IMG/VR virus record: IMGVR_UViG_3300020045_000864 | Span: 1-45,063 of that record | Length of the DNA stretch: 45,063 bases | Strand: one strand, 5' to 3' | Source of the DNA: a virus | Lineage: Duplodnaviria > Caudoviricetes | In this document: one piece after another, positions 8,992 through 19,170 of the stretch | Layout: each line of letters begins with the position of its first letter | How positions within the stretch are numbered: the first letter of the stretch is position 1 | The notes under the pieces: model-generated | What the model was told of the DNA's origin: nothing | The model's database searches: none | The model's input: the letters and a program-made list of their open reading frames with translations, nothing else | Translations under genes and position numbers: made by a program

Positions 8992-11463
8992 ATGGCTAGC
9001 TTTCCACATCTTCTTGATCAGCGTAGGCTGATTGGTCCCGGCGGCTCTACAGTCGCTGGTGAACTCTTCTTTTATTATACTGGAACTAGTGTACTAGCTC
9101 CTATCTACAATGATAGTGGTTTGACGATTCCTTCTGAGAACCCTATTAGTGTAGGGGCAGGTGAAATCATTCCTCTGGTCTTCCTTGACGGCAGTATTAC
9201 CTATCGCAGAGTCATCGTATACAGTGATGGCACCCGTGATGAAGAGGACCCCCTAGGTAATCTTTTTCAAGAATCCGAGCTGTCTATGCCTGTTGGAGCT
9301 ATCATGGACTATGCGGGTGCAACTTCTCCTACCGGCTTCTTGTTCTGCTTTGGGCAGGAAGTTTCCCGAACAGGTCTAAGCGATTTGTTTGCAGCTATTG
9401 GAACTCAATATGGTTCTGGTAACGGTACTACTACTTTCAATCTACCTGATTATCGGGGTCGAGTAGGTGCTGGCAAAGATAACATGGGTGGTGTGCCTGC
9501 CAACAGGCTGACCACGGCAGGCGCTGTTAATGGCTTAGTGCTGGGAGCCAGCGGCGGCAATCAACTGCATATTCTTACTGTAGACGAATTGGCTGCCCAT
9601 ACTCACATAGCGACTGTGACTGATCCGGGCCACGCACACGATTATTTCGCAAGTACAGGAGGAGTTAGCGCTCTAGGGTATACTCCAAATTCAGGAGGAG
9701 CTACCCAAACAACAGACTCTGCAACTACAGGAATCACAGTTAGTAACGCAGAAGAAGGAAGCGACGAAGGCCACAATAATATCCAACCTACGTTGATTCT
9801 TAACAAGATAATTAAAACTCAACCTACTACATTCTTTTCTTTGATTGCTACCATTAATAGCGATAAGGCCAATGCTTCTGCTATCGGTATTGAACCTTCT
9901 GCTTCGGATATGGGAGTTTTCACAGGTTCTATCATTTCTGATAATACCACAGCCAAGCAAGCCCTGCAAGAATTAGAAACAACAGTCGATAATATCGGCG
10001 TATTACTAGATGAAACACGAAGTAATTTTGTAGTTGTAGATTATTTCGGAGAAGGTCTATCTGTTTCTGATAATTGGGCACTGGCGTTTCAAAACGCTGC
10101 CTCCGCTGTTGGACCCGGAGGCATCGTCTACGCGCCACATAGATATACACTAGATACAGAGCCTTTTATTCCAGAGGGTGTTACTATTAAAGGTCCGTGG
10201 ACGCAACCTGACGAGATACTGCCAGCTTCGGCTGGAGATTACGATGGACGTAATGGAGTTATTTTTCTAGGAACTACGGGCGCACTGTCTGATGGTCTAA
10301 ACGTTAATGGCTCCTGTGCGTGGGAAGGCCTCACAATTATGCGAAAAGGTTTGGATTTGCCTTTTGCAAGTGCCCTAGAAGCAGCAGCAGGTATAGCTGC
10401 ATTCTCTGGGACAGCTTTCAATGTGGCTGGACCTGGTACGACATTTCGTAATCTTCTAATTCTCGGCTTTAATAAAGCAGTATACTCTGGAGGTTTTGAA
10501 CGAACACGTTGTGTTGGCATTAGAGGAGACTGCACGAATGGTATTGATATTCGTGCAGCTTTTGATGTTCCAGAAGTGGAAGACTGTGAATTTTGGCCTT
10601 ACACTACCGTACATCAAACGTGGACAACTAATACTTTGTTGAGAAGATCGGGTACGGCTTTTTATTCGGAAACCGTAAATGATTGGATGAGATTTGTTAG
10701 GTGCTTCTCATACGGATACGCAAAAGGATTTCATGGTCGTGATGTTAATAGTGTTACCTGGTTTCTTTGTGGAGCTGATAATACTTCTACAGCAGGGGTT
10801 GGGGATCACACAGGTTCCCTAGGATTTGTTGTTGACGGTGCTTGCGAAGACCCTCGTTGGATTTCCTGCCAAACCGCAGCACAAGAAACAGGCTATTTCT
10901 TTGCGAACATAAATGGCAAGCACGGTACAATGGCTTTTTGCGAGGCATGGGGGTGTTCAGCTACGGGATTAACTCGTCGAACTGGGGCATTGACTGTAAT
11001 AGGTGGCCAAGTTAGGGATACTCCGTACGGAGTACAAAATGAACATGGCACGGAGCCTATGAGCATAGAAGGTATGCGATTTAATGATATTGCTACAAGA
11101 CCTATACATTCTACTGTCACGGCGTCTGGGGTAACAATTGGAACAAATGACTACGGAAATTGGTCGTCTGGTGTGTCTCCTGTTTCTTCTGTTTTTGTTC
11201 TTCCTACAATTCCCAGTGCCGATCCTATAAATCTCCCTGCGAGTGGTGATTCTTTTATCATTTCTGGCACTAATAATATTGGTACGATAAATGGGGGATA
11301 TGCTGGAAGACGTTTAACCCTCCATTTTACAGGATCACTAACTGTTATAGATGGCGGAGCGAGTCTCAAACTAGCAGGCAATCTTGTTACAGGGGGAGCA
11401 GCCACCCTCCGTTTGGAACATAACGGAGTATCTTGGGAAGAAATATCAAGAGCGATACTCTAA
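8992..11463 (+). CDS. Tailspike/tail fibre: anchor domain, collar domain and parallel beta-helix (depolymerase-like) region
   Basis: PVGAIMDYAG...GFLFCFGQEVSR...LFAAIGTQYG...TFNLPDYRGR collar motif; DYFG...DNWALAFQNA start of a pectate-lyase-like beta-helix. Confidence 0.85.
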   Translation: MASFPHLLDQRRLIGPGGSTVAGELFFYYTGTSVLAPIYNDSGLTIPSENPISVGAGEIIPLVFLDGSITYRRVIVYSDGTRDEEDPLGNLFQESELSMPVGAIMDYAGATSPTGFLFCFGQEVSRTGLSDLFAAIGTQYGSGNGTTTFNLPDYRGRVGAGKDNMGGVPANRLTTAGAVNGLVLGASGGNQLHILTVDELAAHTHIATVTDPGHAHDYFASTGGVSALGYTPNSGGATQTTDSATTGITVSNAEEGSDEGHNNIQPTLILNKIIKTQPTTFFSLIATINSDKANASAIGIEPSASDMGVFTGSIISDNTTAKQALQELETTVDNIGVLLDETRSNFVVVDYFGEGLSVSDNWALAFQNAASAVGPGGIVYAPHRYTLDTEPFIPEGVTIKGPWTQPDEILPASAGDYDGRNGVIFLGTTGALSDGLNVNGSCAWEGLTIMRKGLDLPFASALEAAAGIAAFSGTAFNVAGPGTTFRNLLILGFNKAVYSGGFERTRCVGIRGDCTNGIDIRAAFDVPEVEDCEFWPYTTVHQTWTTNTLLRRSGTAFYSETVNDWMRFVRCFSYGYAKGFHGRDVNSVTWFLCGADNTSTAGVGDHTGSLGFVVDGACEDPRWISCQTAAQETGYFFANINGKHGTMAFCEAWGCSATGLTRRTGALTVIGGQVRDTPYGVQNEHGTEPMSIEGMRFNDIATRPIHSTVTASGVTIGTNDYGNWSSGVSPVSSVFVLPTIPSADPINLPASGDSFIISGTNNIGTINGGYAGRRLTLHFTGSLTVIDGGASLKLAGNLVTGGAATLRLEHNGVSWEEISRAIL

Positions 11464-11482
11464 TAATCCTTCCTGACAATAA

Positions 11483-11890
11483 TTGGAAAATTCATTGAAA
11501 CAGATTTTTAGTTTACCTGAAATCTTGAAAGCTTTGGAATTATCTCCCACCCCAATCATAGGGTTTAATCCTGCTGATTGGGGTGTGACTTCTGATAATA
11601 TTTGTTTGTCAGATGGAAGGAATACTGCCCTTTTTGAAAGAGATGGTGATGCTTACTATGGTCACTGGTTTTGTAAAGACTCAGGAAAAATCGTCAAGTC
11701 TTTTGCAAAAGAGTGTTTCGCTCTTATATTTAAAAAAGTAAATTTTATAAAAGGTCTTACTCCCGTGGATAATATTCCTGCGAGATGGATGGCAAAACAA
11801 TGTGGATTCAAAAGTTATGGTCAAATTAAAACACGAGCGGGGGATATGATTCTATTTATACTAACAAAGAAAGAATTTATGAATGAGTAG
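11483..11890 (+). CDS. GNAT-like head/tail assembly protein (P22 gp14/DUF2824-like)
   Basis: GLTPVDNIPARWMAKQCGFKSYG motif; typical position before ejection proteins; TTG start. Confidence 0.65.
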   Translation: MENSLKQIFSLPEILKALELSPTPIIGFNPADWGVTSDNICLSDGRNTALFERDGDAYYGHWFCKDSGKIVKSFAKECFALIFKKVNFIKGLTPVDNIPARWMAKQCGFKSYGQIKTRAGDMILFILTKKEFMNE

Positions 11891-12569
11891 CTTATTCGGT
11901 GGCTCCAAGAGTACTCAGTCTAGTACTTCTTCTAACCAAGCCTACCCTCAACTATCTCAGGCTTTTAGTCCTGTACTAGATTATGCCCAGCAAGGTGGGT
12001 CTGCGATACAGAAACTCCTAGGAGGTGATACTACAGGCCTTGATGCTTACAAACAAGGTATGGGGTATGACTGGGCACAACAGAGAGGTGCTACTGGTGT
12101 TGTAGCCAATCAGGCAAGTAAAGGCCTGAGAGACAGCGGGAGCACTCTTAAGGCTCTTGCTAACTTCCAGAGTGGTTTGGATAACCAGTATTCAACTAAC
12201 TACCTGTCTAACCTTTTTAACTTCAGCGGTTTGGGCCTACAGGCTGGTCAGGCTATCAGCGGGGCAGGCAATGTCTCTACTAGCACTGGTAATAGCAGTA
12301 CCAACGAGGGAATCGGTAAGACTCTTGGTAGTGTTGCCTCCTTGGTTGCGATGTCCGATAGGCGTCTTAAGAAAGACATTAAGAAACTCGACGAACTCTC
12401 TGACGGACTTGGTGTTTATGAATGGCGCTATCTTTGGGAGACTGAAGACGATGATGTCAATGTAGGACACATGGCTGATGAAGTTAAACTTCTCAGGCCT
12501 TGGGCGCTAGGCCCAGAAGTAGCAGGGTTTATGACTGTTGATTATGGAGCTTTGAATGGCGCTAGCTGA
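11883..12569 (+). CDS. DNA ejection protein (gp7-like) with C-terminal peptidase S74 chaperone-like domain
   Basis: MSSLFGGSK N-terminus, Gly/Ser/Gln-rich body, SDRRLKKDI...GHMADEV...VDYGAL C-terminus. Confidence 0.75.
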   Translation: MSSLFGGSKSTQSSTSSNQAYPQLSQAFSPVLDYAQQGGSAIQKLLGGDTTGLDAYKQGMGYDWAQQRGATGVVANQASKGLRDSGSTLKALANFQSGLDNQYSTNYLSNLFNFSGLGLQAGQAISGAGNVSTSTGNSSTNEGIGKTLGSVASLVAMSDRRLKKDIKKLDELSDGLGVYEWRYLWETEDDDVNVGHMADEVKLLRPWALGPEVAGFMTVDYGALNGAS

Positions 12570-13593
12570 TCTTCTTAAAATGGCTTCGTCTAGGCTGGAG
12601 CCTAATCCTTGGACGATTAATAATCTTAATCCGGGGAATAACCAAGCTCAAATCCCTACGGGTCCAAATATCCAAGATTTAGTAGGCACAGAAGACATTA
12701 ACGTTCTTGCCAATAAAGCCCCTGTTTTTTCTCGAAATGAAACCCAAGACGCCCCTATCAATCTAGGCAATAGAAGTATGTTGGAAGAGGCTCAGGCCTC
12801 GATACAGAATAATCCACAGCACAAGGGGATGTTCGGTGTAAAGGGGACTCTGCGAGATGTCTTAGGTCTTGTTGGAGATAGTCTCCTGATGGGTGGTGGT
12901 GGTAAAGCGATGTACCAGCCTGCTCGTCAAAGAGAAAAAGAAAGTGACGCCCTACAGGGCTTTACTCAGAATCCTCAGGCAGCTATCGAAAGAACTATTG
13001 CTGCTGGAGGAGACCCTACTCCGCTGATTAAGGCTTACCAACTCCAGCAGGTTCAGCAACAGGAAGTCAAAGCTGCTATTGCTAAACAAGAAGTTGCTGC
13101 TGTAGAGCGTAGGATCAAGGGAGGCCAAGTCCTTTCTCAGTTCTTAGGAGGCATCAACAGTGGTGAGGCTTGGAATAAGCTCCGCCCTGTCGCTGAGAAG
13201 ATGGCTAAGGCCTATGGTCTTGATCCTGAAGACGTACCTGTAGACTATGATCCTGATACGTTCAGGGCACTTCGTCTAAGTGGGGCTTCTGTTAGTCAGC
13301 AGCTTTCTGATGAAGATCGTGATGCCGATAGAACACAGAGGGCACAGCTTGCTAGAGAAGCCGAAGCTGGTAGGAACAAAAGAGATAATCCTCCTGCTCC
13401 TCCTAGGGGTTCTCCTGAGGGTATTACTGCTGTAGATGCTTCTGTAGCAAGAAAGGTTCTAGCTGGAACTGCTACTCCTAACGAACAAGCCTACTACGAA
13501 ACTAGAATTAAGCGCGCCGAACCTACTGGTAGGAAAGGCAGAACAAAGCCCGCAGGCACAGCTAGTGGTTGGGGAACAATGAAAGTTAAGTAA
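12556..13593 (+). CDS. DNA ejection / internal virion protein
   Basis: Ala/Gln-rich helical protein between two ejection-type genes. Confidence 0.6.
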   Translation: MALADLLKMASSRLEPNPWTINNLNPGNNQAQIPTGPNIQDLVGTEDINVLANKAPVFSRNETQDAPINLGNRSMLEEAQASIQNNPQHKGMFGVKGTLRDVLGLVGDSLLMGGGGKAMYQPARQREKESDALQGFTQNPQAAIERTIAAGGDPTPLIKAYQLQQVQQQEVKAAIAKQEVAAVERRIKGGQVLSQFLGGINSGEAWNKLRPVAEKMAKAYGLDPEDVPVDYDPDTFRALRLSGASVSQQLSDEDRDADRTQRAQLAREAEAGRNKRDNPPAPPRGSPEGITAVDASVARKVLAGTATPNEQAYYETRIKRAEPTGRKGRTKPAGTASGWGTMKVK

Positions 13594-13598
13594 CCTTT

Positions 13599-16500
13599 AT
13601 GCCTATTTACAGCCTTAAAGCTCCTAATGGTAAGACTTACGAGATCGAAGGACCTGAAGGTGCGTCTCAAGAAGATGTGCAAGCTGAAGTACTCCGTCGT
13701 GACCCTTCTGCTGCTCAGGCCAGTACAGCCTCCACGACTCCTGAAGACATTCCCATGGCTGATGGTTCGCAGGCTGTCCAAGCCTCAGAAACCAAGAAAG
13801 GCTACGGGGATATCTTCAGCGAGAGTATCGAGAAGCAGGGTGGTTGGGCACCTATGGCTGATCCCTCTAATACTGGTATTCTTCCTCTAGACACTATCAA
13901 CAATGCCGCTACTGCTACAGGTGTTCTCGGTCTGAGAGGTATTCAAGGAATAGGCGCTGGTCTTGAGACTGGTGCTAATATGCTAGATGATGCTTCTAGG
14001 TATACTGGCTTGGCTGATCTACCTGAGCTAACTAAAGGCATGGGCATGTTGGACTTCAGCGATAATAAAATCCTTCCCGGCACAGCCGTTATGTCTTTGT
14101 TCGAAGCCTCTCCTTCAGGAGGTATTAACAGCGGCGTAGGCTCAATGTCTATGCTAGGTAAAGCAGGCTTAGCTGCTAATAGAACTCAGCTTCTTGAAGA
14201 AGGTAGGAACCTAATCCGCAACGGAGCCACTAGAGCTGAACTCGATGCTTGGACTGATGCTAACAAGCTTGAGAGGTTTGGAGAGGACCTTGATCCTTAC
14301 TTGGCCCGTAGAGACGCTGGGAAGCCCGTACAGGACATCAAGGATGTTTATGGTACTAAGGTGCCACTTGATGACGTTGGCCCTGTAGCGGCCTCTGAGA
14401 GGCTTCCTGAGGCTATTCCTGTTAATGCTGCTCTAGAGGCAGAGGCTAAAGCCTTCAAGCCTAGCAGAGAGCCTAATGTTGGTGATCTGTGGAAAGCAGA
14501 GACTCCTGTAGACGAAGCGGGTCTGGCTGCTCGTCTTGAGGAAGAAGCTTCTGCTTTTAAGGCGCGTAGAGAACAAGTCCAGACTGTAGATGTTCTTGAA
14601 GAAGCCACTACGAAGATTGATGACTTAACGGCTAAAGTCGATGAAGTAGTCGCAGACATCAATAGAGTGACTAATGATTGGAAGAATCCTCCTGAGATTG
14701 AAGTACACAAAAACTTTGATGATCTCCAAGGCGTAGACAATGATGCCATAGGTGTCACTACCCCTGAAGGTAAAGTCCTGATCAACGCCTCTAAGGTTGA
14801 TGGCCCTGAAGTTCTTAATGCTGTTACGTTCCACGAAGCTCTTAGCCACAATGGTATGACTCAGTTGTTTGGGACTCGTCTGGACAAGACTTTGGAGAGC
14901 TTCTACAACAAATCAAATTGGTTTAGGGGTCAGGTCGATGATTGGATGGAAAGAAACAAAGGAGCCTACGAAGGCTCAGTCGCTAGAGCTGCTGATGAAG
15001 TCCTAGCTGAACTCTCTGAGGCTGGTACTGTCCATGCAGAGTTCAATACTTTGAAGAACCGTATCAAGAATCAAGTCATCGGCTTGGCTCGTAAGATGGG
15101 TATGACTAAGGATATGTCTGAGAGAGAAATCTCTACTATTCTCGCTATGGCTCATGATGCCGTAATCAATGGCAAACAAAGCCCTATGTTCAATGGTTTC
15201 AAAGGCAATCCCTCTAGGTACATGATGAAAGCTCGCCCTAAGAAGACTTTGAGTCCTGAGTCTATGAGTACTCAGAATGATGTTTCTGATCTGTTGGATT
15301 TTACGGCTAAGAAACTTGAAGGTGAGAAACAAGAATATACCATTCCTGAACTAAAGAGAATGGCCGATGATATTGGTCTGAATACTTCTAAGTATCTTAA
15401 GCAGAAGGGTTTCACTGAAGAAAAGCTTGCGGCTAGACTGCTGGCTGCGAAGCAACTTTTCACGAATACATCTGAAGAACTTGCAGGTCTAGGTGAGAAA
15501 CTTCGTACTGAGGGATATAGTCCTAGTCTCCACGCTAACATCAGAGCCAAACTAGCCCAACAGGAAGCCATAGCAGCTAAACTCGATGGTGACTCTGCTG
15601 AGGCTGGTAGGGCGCTTAGAGTTCTCAGGGAGATTACGGAGAGTCGGAAGTCTGCTCAGGCCCAGTCTAGGTACATGGCTGAGCATGGTTCTGCTGATGT
15701 CCTTAGTGATCCCGCTACCTTGATGCGGTTTATGGATAATTATACAGCTATCGGAGCCGTAGAAGGTGAAGCCGCTGCTGTTAAGTTCCTGCGTAAGATG
15801 CGTAAGAACAATCCCATCATTGATGTACTGAATATCCCTAGAAGCATTATGAGCAGTGTTGACTTGAGTGCGCCCTTCCGACAGGGGCTATTTCTTGTTG
15901 GTAGGAAAGAGTTCTGGAAGGCTTATCCTGAAATGTTTAAGTACTTTGCTAATGAACAGCACTTCAAGGAACTCGGCAAAGAACTTCGTCGTAGGCCTAA
16001 CTTCGGTTTGATGATGAAGAGTGGATTGGCTCTTAGTGATGATGCTGTCAGTCTCTCAGCTAGAGAAGAACAGTTTATGAGCCGATTGGCTGGTAAGCTC
16101 CCTCTCGTTAAGCATTCTGAAAGAGCCTACACGGGCTTTCTTACTAAGCTCCGTGCGGATGTCTTTGATACTCTTGTAGAGAAGAGTAAAGCTGCTGGTA
16201 TTGATTTAGTCAACGATAAAAAAGCTCTAAAGGATATTAGCAGCTTCGTTAACAATGCCACTGGAAGAGGTGATCTTGGATTCCTCAACAGTAGTGCTCC
16301 GCTACTCAATAGTATTTTCTTCTCGCCTCGTTTAATCGCTTCAAGAGTTAATCTGTTGAACCCTCATACGTATATCAAGCTCTCTCCCGTTGTTCGCAAG
16401 GAAGCTATTAAGAGTCTTCTTAGTCTCGGAGCTATTGCTACGACTGTAGCTAGTCTGGCTTATCTTGGAGGTGCTAACATCGAGACTGATCCTCGTTCGA

Positions 16501-17258
16501 GCGACTTCGCTAAGATTAAAGTCAACGATACTCGTTATGATATCCTTGGTGGTTTTGGCCAGTATCTGACACTTGGTTCTAGACTTGTTACTAACGAGAA
16601 GAAGGCTGCTAGTGGCAAGATTAAGGAACTCGGTAAGGACTTTGGTAGTGATACTCGATTGGATGTCGCTATTAATTTCCTGATGAACAAGGAAAGTCCA
16701 GTAACTAGCTTTGTGACTGATTATCTCAGAGGCAAAGACGCTATTGGAGAAGAGTTCAGTGTAACAAATACTGAAGATTATCTTACGAAAAATGCTGTCG
16801 CTAAAAGGTTTATTCCTTTGATCGTACAGGACATGATCAGCAGTGTTAAAGAGAATGGCGCAGCCAAAGGTATTCCCATGGCGATACCCGGTATCTTCGG
16901 TGTTGGTAGTCAGACTTACGATAATGCTGATAAGCAAAGAGAAGGCTTCAAGGATATTAATCCTGAACTGGACCGTCTTGAAGAAGTCTCTGGTAAAGAA
17001 ATCGTAAGCAAGCCTCAGAAGACTATCTTCAAAGGGACTGAGTACGAACAGAAGTTAGATGAGGAAGATTATAATTCTTACGTTGAATTGGCAGCTAAGT
17101 ACATCAATGAAGATGTGAAAGAAGAAATGTCTATCGAGGGTTGGAATGAACTCTCAGACGAAGACAAAATCGACATAATTAAAGAGATCAGTAGTGCTGC
17201 ACGTAAGGATGCTCGTGAAGAACTCTTTGTAACAGAGGAACCTGCCAATGCAGAATGA
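13599..17258 (+). CDS. Large internal virion / ejection protein with zincin-like motif
   Basis: 1219 aa; APNGKTYEIEGPEGA N-terminal motif common in ejection proteins; FHEALSHNG (HExxxH); last gene before the lysis cassette. Confidence 0.7.
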   Translation: MPIYSLKAPNGKTYEIEGPEGASQEDVQAEVLRRDPSAAQASTASTTPEDIPMADGSQAVQASETKKGYGDIFSESIEKQGGWAPMADPSNTGILPLDTINNAATATGVLGLRGIQGIGAGLETGANMLDDASRYTGLADLPELTKGMGMLDFSDNKILPGTAVMSLFEASPSGGINSGVGSMSMLGKAGLAANRTQLLEEGRNLIRNGATRAELDAWTDANKLERFGEDLDPYLARRDAGKPVQDIKDVYGTKVPLDDVGPVAASERLPEAIPVNAALEAEAKAFKPSREPNVGDLWKAETPVDEAGLAARLEEEASAFKARREQVQTVDVLEEATTKIDDLTAKVDEVVADINRVTNDWKNPPEIEVHKNFDDLQGVDNDAIGVTTPEGKVLINASKVDGPEVLNAVTFHEALSHNGMTQLFGTRLDKTLESFYNKSNWFRGQVDDWMERNKGAYEGSVARAADEVLAELSEAGTVHAEFNTLKNRIKNQVIGLARKMGMTKDMSEREISTILAMAHDAVINGKQSPMFNGFKGNPSRYMMKARPKKTLSPESMSTQNDVSDLLDFTAKKLEGEKQEYTIPELKRMADDIGLNTSKYLKQKGFTEEKLAARLLAAKQLFTNTSEELAGLGEKLRTEGYSPSLHANIRAKLAQQEAIAAKLDGDSAEAGRALRVLREITESRKSAQAQSRYMAEHGSADVLSDPATLMRFMDNYTAIGAVEGEAAAVKFLRKMRKNNPIIDVLNIPRSIMSSVDLSAPFRQGLFLVGRKEFWKAYPEMFKYFANEQHFKELGKELRRRPNFGLMMKSGLALSDDAVSLSAREEQFMSRLAGKLPLVKHSERAYTGFLTKLRADVFDTLVEKSKAAGIDLVNDKKALKDISSFVNNATGRGDLGFLNSSAPLLNSIFFSPRLIASRVNLLNPHTYIKLSPVVRKEAIKSLLSLGAIATTVASLAYLGGANIETDPRSSDFAKIKVNDTRYDILGGFGQYLTLGSRLVTNEKKAASGKIKELGKDFGSDTRLDVAINFLMNKESPVTSFVTDYLRGKDAIGEEFSVTNTEDYLTKNAVAKRFIPLIVQDMISSVKENGAAKGIPMAIPGIFGVGSQTYDNADKQREGFKDINPELDRLEEVSGKEIVSKPQKTIFKGTEYEQKLDEEDYNSYVELAAKYINEDVKEEMSIEGWNELSDEDKIDIIKEISSAARKDAREELFVTEEPANAE

Positions 17259-17472
17259 TTTAATGATGATTCAGAGGATTACAGTCCTCGAACAAGAAGT
17301 AAAGACTCTTAACAACGAAGTCAATGAACTCAAGGAAGACAATAAAAAGATCATAGGCAAACTAGACGAACTCCTTGAACTCCGAAGTAAAGGTATGGGT
17401 GTAGTTTGGTTGCTTAGTGGGTTGTTTGGAACTGGTTTGATCGGCATCTTTTATACATACTTTGGTCGATAA
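17248..17472 (+). CDS. Putative holin (coiled coil plus C-terminal transmembrane helix)
   Basis: One hydrophobic helix at the C-terminus; overlaps the endolysin start. Confidence 0.5.
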   Translation: MQNDLMMIQRITVLEQEVKTLNNEVNELKEDNKKIIGKLDELLELRSKGMGVVWLLSGLFGTGLIGIFYTYFGR

Positions 17473-17950
17473 GATGGGTCGACGAAGTTTTGCTGCGGGG
17501 GGTGGCCTAGCGGCTGCCCTCCTGATCGCTACTCCTTTCATTGCTAAGCACGAAGGTAAGCGTAACGACCCCTATCTAGATATCGCTAAAGTCCCTACTG
17601 TTTGCTACGGTGAAACCCGTGTAGTAATGAAGCGTTACACAGACCAAGAATGTCTAGATATGTTTGAGAAAGCCGTAGAGGAATTTGCAGAACCCCTTAT
17701 CGAAGATGTTCCTAGTCTTGCTTTTAATCCTTATCAGCTTGCTGCTGCTACGAGTCTTGTCTATAACATAGGACAGGGAGCTTGGAAGGGTAGTTCCGTA
17801 AGGAAGAAGTTCAAGGCAGGAGACTATAGAGGAGCCTGTAATGGCTTCTATGCTTGGAGAAATATCAGAGTAAAAGGCAAGCTCGTTGAGAGTAAAGGCC
17901 TAGTGAACAGACGCAAGGATGAGACTAAACTATGCTTAACAGGGCTGTAA
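17462..17950 (+). CDS. Endolysin, GH24 lysozyme with SAR-like N-terminus
   Basis: HEG...YLDIAKVPTVCYGET (E-8-D-5-T triad), YNIG, GLVNRR; Gly/Ala-rich hydrophobic N-terminus. Confidence 0.92.
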   Translation: MVDKMGRRSFAAGGGLAAALLIATPFIAKHEGKRNDPYLDIAKVPTVCYGETRVVMKRYTDQECLDMFEKAVEEFAEPLIEDVPSLAFNPYQLAAATSLVYNIGQGAWKGSSVRKKFKAGDYRGACNGFYAWRNIRVKGKLVESKGLVNRRKDETKLCLTGL

Positions 17951-18324
17951 CTCTATATGGTAAGTTCACTAACTGGATTGTTGGAGGGTTACTTATTGTT
18001 AGCGTGGCTGGGGGTATTTATAGCTACGTTACTTCGTTGAAACTAGCCAAAGCCAGAAGTGATCTAAATGCCTCTGAGATCAAACTCTCTGTTAGTAATG
18101 CCTCTGTAGATAGTCTCAAAGTATCTCTTATCCGTCTCAACGAAACTTTAGAGAACCAGAGCCGTGTAGAGAAAGAGAAACAAAAGGCTTTGACACAAAA
18201 GCTGGAAAGCATCTCCAAGAAGGATCAGTCTTTGATTGACCTTGAGAACTCCCTCAAGAACCGTAAACCCGTACTTAATTGCTCTATCCCTAAGGACCTC
18301 GAAGATGCGTGGAATTCTCTTTAA
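17932..18324 (+). CDS. Inner-membrane spanin (Rz-like)
   Basis: N-terminal TM helix, coiled coil, C-terminal Cys; follows endolysin. Confidence 0.75.
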   Translation: MLNRAVTLYGKFTNWIVGGLLIVSVAGGIYSYVTSLKLAKARSDLNASEIKLSVSNASVDSLKVSLIRLNETLENQSRVEKEKQKALTQKLESISKKDQSLIDLENSLKNRKPVLNCSIPKDLEDAWNSL

Positions 18325-18595
18325 TGCAAGCATTGTATTACCTTTATGTATTCTGGGAATGTCCGGGTGTTCTAAACCTTCTCAAGGCATCCGTGTTGAG
18401 TATGTTGACAGGAGTGTTATCCAGATAGAGAAGTGTCTAAAAGCCTCTGAGAGGCCCGTCAGGCCTACTTCATTAAAGAGTGAGGGTCTACCTGCTGATC
18501 TGGAGAAACTAGCCTCAGTGGCTCTTGCAAAGGTCTCTGAGTACATACGATACTCCAACAAGACAGAAGCCATTATGGATAGCTGTCAGGACTAG
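18305..18595 (+). CDS. Outer-membrane lipoprotein spanin (Rz1-like)
   Basis: Signal peptide with lipobox MSGC from ATG 18305; overlaps the end of the i-spanin gene. Confidence 0.7.
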   Translation: MRGILFNASIVLPLCILGMSGCSKPSQGIRVEYVDRSVIQIEKCLKASERPVRPTSLKSEGLPADLEKLASVALAKVSEYIRYSNKTEAIMDSCQD

Positions 18596-18623
18596 CGTAG
18601 CTTTGCTACTGATTGAATTGAAT

Positions 18624-18680
18624 AAAAGAAAACCCCGCTAATGGAACCTTTCGAGGAACCGCTAGCGGGGTTTTTTATTT
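18624..18680. terminator. Bidirectional intrinsic terminator between convergent genome arms
   Basis: A-tract, AAAACCCCGCTA...TAGCGGGGTTTT stem, T-tract. Confidence 0.88.
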
Positions 18681-18837
18681 AGCCTTTATAGTCCCTACAT
18701 TTATCGCATAAATAGGGTCCTTTATTTATAGCATCAATACAATACCAGGAAATTCTTGTTTCTATCGCGGTCTTATAGCATCCTTGACAGACTGCTATTT
18801 GATTGAATTGACCCTTTACGGATACTTTAGGCCACAT
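18679..18837 (-). CDS. Small CxxC...CxxC zinc-binding protein (52 aa, below ORF-track cutoff)
   Basis: MWPKV...CQGC...CDKC...KG; TAATG coupling with the upstream ORF. Confidence 0.55.
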   Translation of the reverse strand: MWPKVSVKGQFNQIAVCQGCYKTAIETRISWYCIDAINKGPYLCDKCRDYKG

Positions 18838-19010
18838 TACTTAAAGGTATCGTAGATTTCTACAGCTCTCTCGAAGCCTTCCCAATCGGAGACTCCAGCA
18901 GCTCTCAAGGCCTTTAGGAACTTAGAGTCATTTCGTAGGCCTGCTAGGACTACTACTTCGACTTCTACATTGCCGGGGCGGGTTATATCTCCGTACATGA
19001 AGTTATCCAC
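18837..19010 (-). CDS. Small phage protein (57 aa) with LRAAGVSDWEGF motif, possibly related to T3/T7-group gp5.9-like proteins
   Basis: GTG start; FLKALRAAGVSDWEGFERAVE resembles a common phage GVDNWxGY motif; family link recalled from memory. Confidence 0.45.
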   Translation of the reverse strand: MDNFMYGDITRPGNVEVEVVVLAGLRNDSKFLKALRAAGVSDWEGFERAVEIYDTFK

Positions 19011-19170
19011 GAAGAAACTCTTCTGCTTTCTTTGTTTCTTCTATCAACTTATCTACTCCATCGTAACCAAAGTAAGGAAGAAGCTGATAAAAAGTCTTTC
19101 TTTCAATTCATTAGGTCTTTCAACCCAAGTACTCATCACTGACTTAGCTGCATTTGAGAGTTTAGCGTTG

